Shown in pieces: positions 46,440 through 58,704 of a stretch of DNA of 64,000 nt. The DNA is from Basidiobolus meristosporus CBS 931.73. Its lineage: Eukaryota > Fungi > Basidiobolomycota. The translations under genes and the position numbers were made by a program. The number at the start of each line of letters is the position of its first letter. The stretch's first letter is position 1. The stretch is from NCBI GenBank assembly GCA_002104905.1, contig MCFE01000201.1:1-64000 (forward strand), written 5' to 3'. The notes under the pieces were generated by a model. That model made no database searches. It was not told the origin of the DNA and was given only the letters and a program-made list of their open reading frames with translations.

Positions 46440-47900
46440 AATATAATCTGCATTTGAGCTATTGCACCATGGTGTTTTGCCACCGCTCAGCTCGATGATA
46501 TCTATGACGTCTTCCGTGGAATCATCTAAGGATTGGAGGCTGGATAACACTTCGGTATCCCCTTTCTCCGTCTGATGTAATGATTCTTGTGGCACACAGG
46601 GCGCGTACCAAAGAGTCTTGGGACATTGATTTCAAATGAGTGCGGCGCTCTGGTCAGACTACGTAGACGCACGCCAGAATGCTCTGCAAAAGTCCCGAGA
46701 AAAGCGACACTACAACATAGAATGGACAAGGTGACTTGCAGTGGCATATTAGCCAGTACGTATTCCCAGATGCTGAGATGAATCAACCAGTTCCGAGATT
46801 CAATGAAAACATTGGAAAATCCTCGTCATGTGAGCTCCTCCGCCAGTAAGAAACGCCCAGCGAACCATCTCAGCAGATCGAAATCCCGTTTATTATTTTT
46901 GGGATCTGGGGGATATCAAGAAAAAGACGCGGCAGGGGAGTAGAATGGTTGTTTGGTGCCGAGGGATGCATGTATAGGTGCTCTGCCGGTGCGCGGAGGC
47001 AAGAATACCCCAGCAGGCCAGACTACGGGTAGGAAAGGCGATTGATGGAGGCGGATTAGTTTGTTGCAGATAATGTGCACCCAACTTGCGTGTTCAACAC
47101 CAAGGCTAAAGAAGATTGCCATATGGGTGAATGCTATTGTTATGAACAGCAATCGGACGTTTCTGCTTCTGCTGACGCATTCAATTTCAATATGCACCGT
47201 CACTTGGAATTCCCTTTCATTGGCCCTGCACCAATCAATGATTCATTTCTCATTCCATTAGATTGAGGAGGCTAGGATCTCGATTCGATGAAAACTAATT
47301 CGTCAGTAAATTCTTTGGTCTTGACTGTTAATTGTCGGAGTATGTTGGGAACGTATGTAGGGCACTACAAGCTGCACAGCCAATAGATTGAGCATCTTCG
47401 TCCAACTCCCTCTATTGTCCAGATACCAACTTGCGCTTGGAGGAGGCTTGAGCTCCGAAGAATATCCAAAGGATATTATCGTCGGGACTATTCTGCCCAT
47501 TGTATGTCCATTCATGGGAATACATGTTCACGTAAAGAAGCTAGAATTGGGATCATTAGATTCGCATATGTATCACTGTTTAGGGTATATACCATTCTTG
47601 AAACGCATCTCAGAGAATAAGACCATCGACGATGGAAGCCTAAAGGCCTGCTTGCCGCGGAACTCTCACTGTGCTGGATCCTTTATTCGGGGTTCACTTG
47701 CATGGCACAGATGACACCAACGACAACCCAACAACGGACCTTTGTGCTGTAATCCTTACTTGGATGCGGAGCCTTGCTAACAATGGCTGCAAACTCAACA
47801 CGAAGATTCGATCTCAATCAACTCACCGATGGATGTGAAATTAGCTTTGCATTTCTCTGGGATCGGGGTGTTGTGAATGGTGGTGTCTAATCATCGGGGA
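46440..47900 (+). pseudogene. Possible decayed multi-exon gene of unknown identity
   Basis: A chain of exon-like segments with GT/AG borders and stops at positions readable as Gln/Arg codons (QLDDIYDVFRGII*GLEAG*HF; LWSDYVDARQNALQKSREKRHYNIEWT; QIEIPFIIFWDLGDIKKK; DNVHPTCVFNTKAKEDCH). Confidence 0.3.
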
Positions 47901-50635
47901 GTGTTTATCTCCCATGACACATATAGTTGCAAATCAGCAACACACATGCATCTATATGGGTACTGGCTATTTGCAACATCGGTATCAGATCTCACTCAAG
48001 GGCTTAAAAGGCTAAGCAACTGATCCCAAAAGTCATTGATATATTTAAGATTGGCACAACGCGAGGTGGCTCCTCCTTCTCTATTTGCCCGTAACAGATG
48101 TAAAACTCTCGCGCAGATTATCCGAGTGAATGGCAACTCGTTGGCGCTGGCTACTTATCATTACAAGCATCTCCAAGCTTCGGATAATGAAGACCATGTA
48201 CGATGGTAGCATAGATCCCTTGGTTTCCTTTGTATTTTAGCAACAGGAATGTCATCAGTTCAAGGTAATATAGTCCTAATATATTTCATTGGTAACTGGA
48301 ATAACTGACTCCGCACCAGTAATGTAACCAGAAATATCAACTCATCAAAGATCAAGTCTACGATTGATACGACAAAGCAGTGGATCAGATCTCCGTGTAT
48401 TATCAGCATACCCATGTAATAAACAGTATTTTGATCATCAAATCCCTAGTACGATCCACCGCAATACGTAATCCTGAAGCCGAAGTGAGGAGCAAGTAAG
48501 CCACTTATCTGCAGCAACGAGTGGTTTGTAAATCATTTTATCCGACGATGGCCGCTTATCTCTAAGGGTCTGTGGCTGTACTGGGTATCCATTGTTCAGA
48601 TGTACTCAAAGCAAAATGCTCGAGTGGAGTCACTAATCAAGCCGAATTCGCAGTTAAAGCACGCATGTCTGATACTGAGGCACGTGAACAAAGCCAAGGC
48701 AAACAATACCCAACCTTTGAATCGTACCACGATAAACAAGTACAAAGAAACAGAACTTCCATCAATACCTTTCAATTTGACATAACAGTAGCCTTCATTT
48801 AGCTTGACATCATTCCCTTTACTTTTCTTAAGAATCCAATTGGTTTGAAGGTGTAGGTCAATGAGAATCAAAAATCGGATTCTGTCGCACAACACCAACC
48901 TAAGTGGCAACCATCTCCATTTACCACTGATAGCCCTTCCAATTGACGATTTCTGAACAGACTCAATTCTCTTTCAGGCTGGAAAATGCGTCAGTGGTGC
49001 AGATATATGAAGCACATGTGAGTTGTAGCACAGTATATTAAAACCCAATTATGAAAACCAAGGAGTATCTTTCAAATTGCGGTATTAATGTGGATGAAGA
49101 AAAATCCCAGTGGATATTAGATTTCACTAGACGTTAAATACAGGTTACTAACATACCAAGACATTCTTGGAGCAAGCTTTATAATGCAACAGCTGGAACA
49201 AAGTGGTCCAGGTTACAACATTAGTGCTCGTTGATGGACAATTATTGACGCTCCAATAGAGTGGGTTGTACATTAAAGAAGTATGACCTAATTTGTGATA
49301 GAATTCGAAGTATCTATGGCTTCTGCACCAACAAGTCTCACCATCTAAGAGCGCCGGATTTTCCAGACAATACTTAAATGGTGGTGGTATCTATATTTAC
49401 AACCATCAACTAACTCTACCCAATCGATATATCATCAAATCCATATTTCTCACTCATCAGTCAAAATGTGGTTCTTTTTGTAACACTTGCCATATTGCGA
49501 TAAAGTGCATTTGCAATTTACTACTAAATCAATCGAACTTGCAAGGTTGATCAACCGCAAGAATACCAATAATACTGGCGTGCTCATTATTTTAGGTTTA
49601 TCTCCATACCAATCATTCGTTATGACAAACTTATCGAGATTTCCAGCCCAATCGACGATAGCCACCTCCTCATGTATACCAGAATTGTCAGGGAATTCTG
49701 TGTGCTGAACTAAAGTGGATATCAATATAAAAAGCATCTTGGGGGATCATTCACATCATTGGGTACTGATTCTTGGTTCAGATCGATATGAACTACTTGT
49801 TAACACTGCATGATGCCAAGTGTTAAAGATGGGGGTGGCTTTATCCTGCTAAAATTGGTCATACACAACACGGATACATGCCATTTATTGTGCCGCCACA
49901 ATCCAAGCCATTTTCCCTGAAGGAACCTGGGCTACATTCAACAGAAGGCAACTAGTAACTCTTTATAAGGTCTTGGTGACTCTAAAAAACGAACCGCCTA
50001 TATCCACAGTGAGATTTAGTTCATATTGCATGTTTTTTTACAAATGTACCAACTGTAGTTCAGAACTGCCAGAGGTGCCCAGGTGAAGAACGTCTAGTTC
50101 TCATTATCTAAAACATTCTAACTACAGTTGCAATACAACTTGATGAAGGAAAAGGTCAGAAAAGCACTGGTAGATTCATATCAAGGTACTCCAGATTTAG
50201 TGCCAAGAGCTTGATCAGTTTATTGTAGTCAGTAGCATCAGTTTCCAAGGATTTGTTAAGATTGTGGCATTTGACAATCTTAATAAGTGAGCAATACTAG
50301 GCCTAGACTGATTGGTGGAAATTTCCTCTTCGTCCGCTCAAGTGTTGGCAACCCTAAAGATATCTCTTCTAAGCTTGCAATGCACCATTCTTTGATATCA
50401 AACACAGATGACTTGCAAGTATCAAAAGATTATCCACGCATAATTATCTTAGTTGAAATCCTTTCAAGGTTTTATGAAAAATTGCTGAGATATTTACCAA
50501 AACCAGATTTCCCGATCTCCAAGACGATTGGTTTTGCTACCAACTAAATGAATATGACCAGGGATCCATGCTTATTTTTTGGATTACTGAGCTTTAATGG
50601 CTTCACCATAAGGCCTTACGAGTTCGAACAATACG

Positions 50636-52254
50636 ATGGCGACAACTCAATTAGAAGATACAAAGCCTGCATTAGTGGGAGCCTTAGCTTGTCAACTAGA
50701 TCCCTACCGTAAAGAAATAAAAACCACTGTGTATTCTTGCACCGACAAGCCAAACTCTGACGGCCTATATGAGATAGAGCTACTGGATACAGGTATTTCC
50801 GTTCAATAGGGATGCACTGTATGCTCGATTTAATACCTATTTTCTGTCTTCAATACAGTCTTATTTCCAGAAGGTGGAGGACAGGTGTTGTACCCAATAT
50901 TGGAGAATTATGTCTGAGCCATTATTGATTTATGCTCTTCTAGCCTCACGATACGGGTTTTATCGATGATGTTGAGGTGGTCAACGTTCAGCGAAAAGGT
51001 TTGGATTGCATTCATTATGCAAAAGGTTCATTAGCCGTGGGATCAACGGTGATTGCTAAGGTTGATTATGAACGTCGGTGGGACCATATGCAACAGCATA
51101 GTGGTAAGTGAGGGAAGTCGAGCTGTGTTGAGCAAGTAATAGTAAGCCTTCAATGCACAATAGGTCAACATCTCATTAGCGCTGTAATGGAAAGCGAATT
51201 TGGCTTTGAAACTCTTTCTTGGTACATTATTTTCATATGCCTCGAATGGAAGCTGTTTAGCTAATATTCCGTGGTGGCCAGGAATCTCGGGCTAGTAAAG
51301 TCCCACATAGAGTTGGACACTAAGAACGCCACGCCAACTCAGGAACAGATAGACAAGTTGGAGGCATTATTGAACGACAAAATCCGCTCAGCTATCTCAG
51401 TGAATACAGTCCATATAAAGCAACATGATGGCGCGGAAAGCAACCCCGATAGCTTGCCAAAAGACTATGTAGGCGGTGTGGTGAGATATGTACGCATTGA
51501 CGGCCTCGACAATAATGCGTAAGTACAGGACTGTTCGAAGTTAAAATGGGAATTTGCATATTAACTGATCCTAGATGCTGCGGTACCCATGTCAACAACC
51601 TTAAAGATCTTCAGGTAAGGCACCTACGTAAATGTTCCTATTAACCGACAGCTGAGGATTCAATTTTGTATTCAGGTTATCAAGTTGCTTCACACCGAAA
51701 GAATCCGTGGCACAAATACTTGTCTCTTCTTTTTGGTCGGAGACCGAGTCACCCAATACCTCCACCAAAGCTACGCTCGTGAACGAGCCCTAACCGCCTC
51801 CTTAAGTTGTGGCCCAGAAAGCCATGTAGACGCAGTCAGCAAAACTCAAAAGCAATACAAGGATACTCAGAAAGCAGTCAAGAGTTTGCTTAAAGAAATC
51901 GCAGACTATGTTGGAAAAGAATTGGTTGAAGCAATTAACGATAAGGGCTACATCACGTATCATCGTGAGGACGCTGATATGACCTTCCTTAATCTTCTGA
52001 CACACCACTTGAAAGTGGCCTCACCTGAATCTGTGGCCTTACTGTGCGGTGGTCCCAAGAAGGAAGGTGGTCCTATCATCATCATAGGGAACCCGGATAA
52101 GGTCAAGAAATGCAGCGATATCGTGACGGAGACGCTTGCCAATGTCAAGGGGGGCGGGAAAGGAAGATGGCAAGGAAAGACTAGCTCATGGACTAACCTG
52201 GAGACTGTCTTTGCTAAGGTTTCTGAAACTTTGACTAGCCTGGAGGCTAAATGA
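50636..52254 (+). CDS. AARSD1: Alanyl-tRNA editing protein AlaX-type (AARSD1); multi-exon
   Basis: VGALACQLDPY...ELLDT|VLFPEGGGQ|PHDTG, RRWDHMQQHSGQHLISA, DNNA|CCGTHV, and C-terminal KGGGKGRWQGK. Zn-binding HxxxH and CxxxH editing motifs are present. Confidence 0.92.
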
Positions 52255-53217
52255 TTTTGCCCCCTTTGGACCCTTCATTGTTATGATACAAACCAGTTTA
52301 GTAGCAGTCAATTGGATTGCTCCCCAACGCACGGCCATTCTCATACAATAAACCCCACATTTAAAATATTTCAGCTAAAACTACTGCCAACACCTTACTA
52401 GAGTGGATTACGATCTAGTGTACAAAGCACCAATCCCACTCGTGAAGGCACCGAATATCGTTAGTAATAAATTGACCAACCCGTTCAGGGATCTGTTGCC
52501 GTTGGCGAAAAGGCTGGTGTATAAGGGCTCTTGGCGTCGGATATGAGACTTGATTTCCGCTGAAGAAATATAAACAGCTAAATGTGGATTTAAATGGCAT
52601 CCATATGTTTGGAGTAATTAACTTCTGCTTATAAACCGGTAATTTTCGATCCATATTTCTCATGTATTTGTAATGCATCCACTCGTGTCCCAATTAGTCA
52701 AGTGAGCACAGTGATCTGCAAGAAAGCGCTAATGTTCCAAGAAGCTATCAAGATGGTGCCACCCTAGTACCACCGTGTGTTGTGCGATTCCTCACCTCGA
52801 CGCCGCCGTGGGTTTTCAATTATAAATCCAGGTTCTTTCGGTTCATATAAGGCTGTGTGGTATCATTTCCATGTGAGATAGGCTTTGCATTACAAATTTT
52901 GTACCATGCCGCGAGAATCTACATAGCACTTGATATCCACTTTGCCGAAGCCCACCATATTAGGCGATTGCTTGATTTGGTGTAGATTAGTTGGAGGTAG
53001 GAAATCCGGTAGCCCCACTATTTCACATTTATTGTGCTATTATTGGTTTTGAAGTCAAGTTTATCAAAGGAGAAGGTGTGCTGTGATTGGTTGGGGGAGA
53101 CCCAAAAGTTGAAGGTTCAGTCAGCTTTTTTTTACCTTCTACCTGGCTACTAAGCTTCAACAACCCTCTAACCGTTTATTTCTCTGTGTTACTTTTTGTT
53201 TTCTCAAACGATCAGTT

Positions 53218-55458
53218 ATGTCTGAGAGTTTATCGAAATTTCCAATCACCGTTTCTATAATTGGTGCTGGTAGCAGGCATGTTATATATTCACCATCGCT
53301 ATACGCTTCGCGGTGTAGAAAACACGCGTCTGACATTTGTCTTTATCCAGAGGTTCAAGCTATGCCAATTTTTCACTGAAAAATCCACACCTTATGAAAG
53401 TGGTTGCCGTGGCAGAGCCCAAAAACATCAGAAGGAATAATATGGCGGAAGTAGGTGGCATGGAAATTCGGTATCCCCGCATCGTTTTATAGCTTACAGT
53501 ATCTTGTAGAAATATAATATACCCTCGAAATATGTTTTTTCTGATTGGAGAGAGGTATGTGCAAGCATGAAGACCGGTTTACGAACTCGATTCTTACACG
53601 ACAAATCTTTGAAAGTTAACCAAAAGACCAAGGATCAGCGATGCAGTTGTGATTGCTACATTTGATCACTTACATGTAGAGCCCACTCTTGGTTAGTGCG
53701 CGCTTTTGAATACAACCTTTGGAATATCAGGTCTCATTTTGTGCAAACAGAACTGGCGAAACTCGGATACCATATAATGCTGGAAAAGCCCATGGCTGTG
53801 TCTATCAAAGACTGTCAAAGAATTGTGAGCGCTGTCAGAGATCACAAGGTATGTCATATACGTGTTACTCTATTTGAACGCCAATATTTATCGTGATATA
53901 ATATATTCTAGATTATATTTGCTGTTTGTAAGTGCCAACCTTGAAGAGATGGCGCGTGCTTCTTTTCTTAGCTATCTGCTTCTCTAGGTCATGTCCTTCG
54001 ATATACCCCATACAATCGTATGCTCAGGAAACTCATTCAGTCCGATACGCTTGGAAATATCATAAATATTCAGCACTTGGAGCCAATTGGACACTCTCAA
54101 TTCGCACATTCTGTAAGCTGTAGTATTCATCATGTCGGTGCTGGCAAGCTTCTAATTTTCAATATTAGTTTGTTCGAGGAAATTATCAACGCGAAGACAG
54201 GATCAACAACGTGCTACTGAACAAGGTCAGTTCACTATTGTCGCTTTCTTTGAAAACTTTACTGATTTTTATACAGTGTATTCATGATTTAGGTGAGCAA
54301 GAAATCATCCAACCTTGAACTACACCAGAATTCTAATCCATTTCGATGCAGACCTCCTCGCCCATCTTATAGGACGTCGATGTGTGGTATGTCTTCCAGC
54401 TATAACTAAGTATGACTACCGTTTACCAACAGACTCTACAGAAAATTAGCTCGTTTGGAAATATCTCTCATTTTAAGCCAGATAGGAAGCCGAAGCAGGC
54501 TGGTGAAGCGAAGTATGCCCCTTTATGGACTTTAGTAGACCATATAGTTGACCTAGCTTTGTAGAACATGTATGGATTGTCCGTATGAATCGAGTTGCGC
54601 ATATTCTGCTGTCAAAATATATCTGGATCCCCTTAAGAGCGGGGAAACAGGATGGCCCGTTAGTAGTGTTTCAGATATTGTTGGTAAGTTTGTATCAACC
54701 AGGAACGGTGAATCTATCATATGTTTAATTGCGGATATTTTAGACATTGAAAACGTCACCAAAGCTTTAGAAGACGGCCCCTATGGTAGATGTGTCCATG
54801 AGTGTGAAAATGACGTATGCGATAATCAGGTTGGTGTTGATTCTTGAGGTGAGTTGGTATTGTAGCTTGCTAAATACTCGTGTCATCAGGTGGTCAACAT
54901 GATCTTTGAAAACGGCAGCACATGTACATTGACTGTTGTTGCCGGGACTGAGGGAACGAATCTGGGAAAAGTAAATCTACTTGTAAACTTTCGTATTCTT
55001 CAGTTTGCCTAACCATTCTCCGGGCTGCGTGTAGACTCGGATCTTCGGTACCAAAGGCGAGGTCGACGGTGATGGCAAACTCATTAGACATACTGACTTC
55101 CGCACGGGGGAAAGAGTGGAGATAAACCCATACAACCAACAAGAGAGTGATACAGGTAGCTATCTAAAAATACCAATTCTGATTCTCCGGCTGATCGAGC
55201 ATATCCCGTAGAAGAACCTGAGGACGATATGATGAGAGCGTTCGTCCACGCTGTTGCACAAGGAAGTCCTGATGGGTATATCCTCACGGGCCCGGATGAA
55301 GCCTTCAGTAAGTGGAAATCGCTGGTTGTTTAATGGAGAACCGCACTGACAATTCATCGCTGGTAGACTGTCACGTATATGCATTTGCAGCTGAATACGC
55401 ACGCACAAGTAATTCCGTAGTGACGCTTGATGAGTTCAGAAAACTTCATTCTTGTTGA
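53218..55458 (+). CDS. Gfo/Idh/MocA-family NAD(P)-dependent oxidoreductase; highly intron-rich
   Basis: IIGAGS|RG..YA, VVAVAEP, DAVVIAT.D..H, HIMLEKPMA, HVLRY.PY, LEPIG..FAHS|FVRGN, GPYGRCV.EC.NDVCDNQ|VVNM, TRIFGTKGE. Splices in frame using one GC-AG intron and two 16-nt exons. Confidence 0.9.
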
Positions 55459-56131
55459 GCATTCTGCAGAATCGTCGTCATAGACAGGTTGACATTCGCC
55501 TCACCATATCGCCATGTTAATTGGTGGTTTGCATTTCTAATTCTTGTTGATTGCAAGACCCTAATACGACAACATCTAGCTTAGTTATACATAAGCGCCT
55601 TGGTGGAGTCACCCACCCCTGTATAGAAATCAAAATCATCGTATTCCTTAATGTACCCCACTTTTTTCATACCGAACCTGAATTCGGGGATTTCCAACTT
55701 CGCAAGTCCCAATCTTTGAGCCGAGCCAGTGATCACCCTACCATTGGTTTATGCTATGTAGCCAATAAACACCAAGAGAACTTAACTGCTTGATAGCATC
55801 CCCCCAATCAAGTCACAGGACATCATATATATGAGGATGGAAATATATGGTTTACGTTGAATTTGGTCGATAGGAATTTCTAGAACCTATGAAAATTTTG
55901 GGCGGAGGACTAAATCCGATTTGTTTGACAAAAAACTCGAGGGGGATCTGTGGTTTTAAGTGCGCATCGGAATTCCATCTCTTGTGACCTTCTTTTCTTC
56001 AAGTCTTCCATTTTTGTTCTCCTAGCTCACTTGCACTCCTTGCACGGGCTCCTGAATTCCTTACCGGTAGCTAGGCTTACGTATTTCCGGTGTAGTGTCG
56101 TTAAGTTTTCTATTGAAACACCATACCAGTT

Positions 56132-57703
56132 ATGAGAAGACCGCCACTTATGTCAGAAGGGGTTTGCAAACGTCGCCGCACTTCTACCTTTCGAACTGAG
56201 CCACAGAAGACGTCTGGAACCACCATAAATTGCATCGTGAATGCCTCCATCACAGTAGTAGGGTCCGGGGTGTACGTTTTTGGTGGATTTCATCAATATA
56301 CAGGGGAGGTTTACAACGAAGTGTATACCATGCGGCTAGACGACCTGGTATGGAAGCAAGTATACGTCAAGGGCGAGCCCCCCTCCAAACGGAGTGACCA
56401 TACTGCTTCTTTGTGGAGGGGTGATCGGCTGGTGATCTTTGGTGGCACCGATGAAGTAGATGCCTATTGCAACGACGTGGTCATCCTCAACTTTGCAACC
56501 CATTCGTGGGAGCGACCAACAGTAAGTGGTTTTATACCCAACGGTAAGAACAAGCACTCGGCCGTCATACATAATGATCGCTTGTATATCGTTGGAGGTT
56601 GCAGCTTCTCAGGGACTTCTTCCTTGATGCATTGCTTGGACTTGAACACAATGGAGTGGCAAGAACCGGTCCCATTCGAGGCGGTTTACTCCCATTTCTC
56701 ATGGGTATACGAAGACAGACTTTATGTGTATGGCGGATACAACAACGACATGGACCGCCTTATGGAGATCTCTGTTTTAGACCTGAAAACTTACGAAACG
56801 TACAAGATTCTGATCAAGGGCGAAACCGCGCCGGTCCTCGCTGGACAACATTTTGCCCAATTCAGTAACAACAAGCTAATCGTGATACTCACCCAGTGTC
56901 TGAAGCACGGATCCTCCGAGATACAGACTGGCGTGTATTCGTTAGATATGCAGACCCTACAGTGGACGAACTCTTGCGCCGGGAACTGGTTGGAGGTTGG
57001 AAATTGGTACTACTTTGCTATGGAGGAGGAGCGCAGCCACTTCCACCTCTTCGGCACCATCGACATAGACTCGGACGAATATCTCGGCTCTGTTCTTACC
57101 CTCGATCTTCCTCAATATGGACTTTTCAGTATTCCGAATGCCAGCATCGCGAGTGATTTCGGCTCCTTGTTCGAGGAGAAGACACTGACTGATTTCGAGG
57201 TGATCTCGGCGGACGAGAACTCCCCGACGATTCCTGTTCATCGAGTGGTACTGCTGGCCAGATGGCCACATTTCGCGAACATTCACAAGTCGGGAATGAA
57301 CGAGACTCTCTCGCAATCCATGAAGATCAACGAGCCATACCAGACGGTGAAAGAGTTCATCCGATACCTCTATACAGACAAGCTGGACACGCTGCCGGTC
57401 GAGACGGTGGCTCGACTGATGGTGCTGGGAAACATGTACTTCTTGCCCCGTCTCCAGAAGCTGTGCGCGCGGGTACTCTACCATAGTATTGACATCGACA
57501 ACGTCGCAAGGGTGTACCGACACGCCGTGTTGGCTCAGGATCCAGGGCTGAAGCGAAAAGCGCTCGAGTTCATCTTCAAAAACTACGGATTGGTCGTGAG
57601 AAGCGAGGGATTCCGGACCATGCCGCAAGAGGCGCTCCTAGATCTATGGGATCATGTGCCATCGTCGGCGGAGATCCTGATCCCACAATCTTTAGGTAAT
57701 TGA
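56132..57703 (+). CDS. Kelch-repeat + BTB/BACK protein (LZTR1-like putative Cullin-3 adaptor); intronless
   Basis: Repeated (V/I)FGG...W kelch blades; TDFEVI....IPVHRVVLLARWPHF and FIRYLYTD (BTB), followed by a helical BACK-like tail. Confidence 0.88.
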   Translation: MRRPPLMSEGVCKRRRTSTFRTEPQKTSGTTINCIVNASITVVGSGVYVFGGFHQYTGEVYNEVYTMRLDDLVWKQVYVKGEPPSKRSDHTASLWRGDRLVIFGGTDEVDAYCNDVVILNFATHSWERPTVSGFIPNGKNKHSAVIHNDRLYIVGGCSFSGTSSLMHCLDLNTMEWQEPVPFEAVYSHFSWVYEDRLYVYGGYNNDMDRLMEISVLDLKTYETYKILIKGETAPVLAGQHFAQFSNNKLIVILTQCLKHGSSEIQTGVYSLDMQTLQWTNSCAGNWLEVGNWYYFAMEEERSHFHLFGTIDIDSDEYLGSVLTLDLPQYGLFSIPNASIASDFGSLFEEKTLTDFEVISADENSPTIPVHRVVLLARWPHFANIHKSGMNETLSQSMKINEPYQTVKEFIRYLYTDKLDTLPVETVARLMVLGNMYFLPRLQKLCARVLYHSIDIDNVARVYRHAVLAQDPGLKRKALEFIFKNYGLVVRSEGFRTMPQEALLDLWDHVPSSAEILIPQSLGN

Positions 57704-58704
57704 CAAATTAGCATCGGGCCAAGTGAATCGGGATATGCGCAGAATGAACTAACCGAATTCCCCTATTCTTAGAAGAGTTTCTGGAGAAACCGTTGGATGA
57801 ATAACGTTCGGAGGGAAGACCTGACCCACCGGAGCGGGCCTTCTGCCTGCTCCCCAACTCACCCACACCAATGTGTTGTACTACTAACCATCATGAACAA
57901 TAGAAACCATTCCTTCATCTGGCCATCTCACTTCAAAACCACTTGCTCCCTTTCCCCTTCCTTCCCCCTCCCCTACCGCATCCCTATCTAATCAACATTC
58001 CCCCATTTACCGAGCACTCTATCGTGAGTAAACAATACCTAGATCCCAGAATCCCCTCCCCATCGTTGGGATGCATGAAAACACGAGCCCACGGTTATAC
58101 CAGAGTGCGTTGGTGGATCACAAGGGGATCGATAGTCGTTGTATTTTATTGAATAAATCCCAAAGTTTCTCTTGCCTTCGCTGGACTAGGCGCAGCGGGT
58201 TGTACAGGAAGCGGTCCCTATGGTGTTTGATCTTTCATATCCGTTGTATATTGGAGGTTGGCTCGAAGCTGTACTGTTATGAAACCAGTGTTCAATGTCT
58301 GAGCCTATTCGAGGAATTTCAGTTGGATCCTCGTCGACCGATCTCCCATATACAACAGCCGAGTTTCGAATGAACCATGCTATCTACCATCTGGCAACAC
58401 TCGTAGGTGTGCAGGTTTAGTGTCAGTGTCAATAGCTGTATATCATCTAATTTAGTCAGCAAGTATTCTAGTTTAAGGTGTATCGGGTGGTTTCGAACTA
58501 GCACGTGTAAGAACAGGTTGGTGTTGGTGTGCAAGTGGGAAGGGGAGGGGAGATCTTACATTCCTTCTTTGATCCATTCAATGATTTTCATGCTCGCATT
58601 GATCGAAGTAGACCGAGTGCTTGGCGTGATGTTTAAGGGGCAACGAAATCTCCGGTCGATGTAAGTGTACTTGGATAACAAGCAACCGCATTCTTGTTGA
58701 CTGC

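Noticed and set aside
57990-58660. Intron-like segment and short ORFs downstream of the INTS10 stop
   Set aside because: No coherent ATG-to-stop model; may be a UTR intron or chance.
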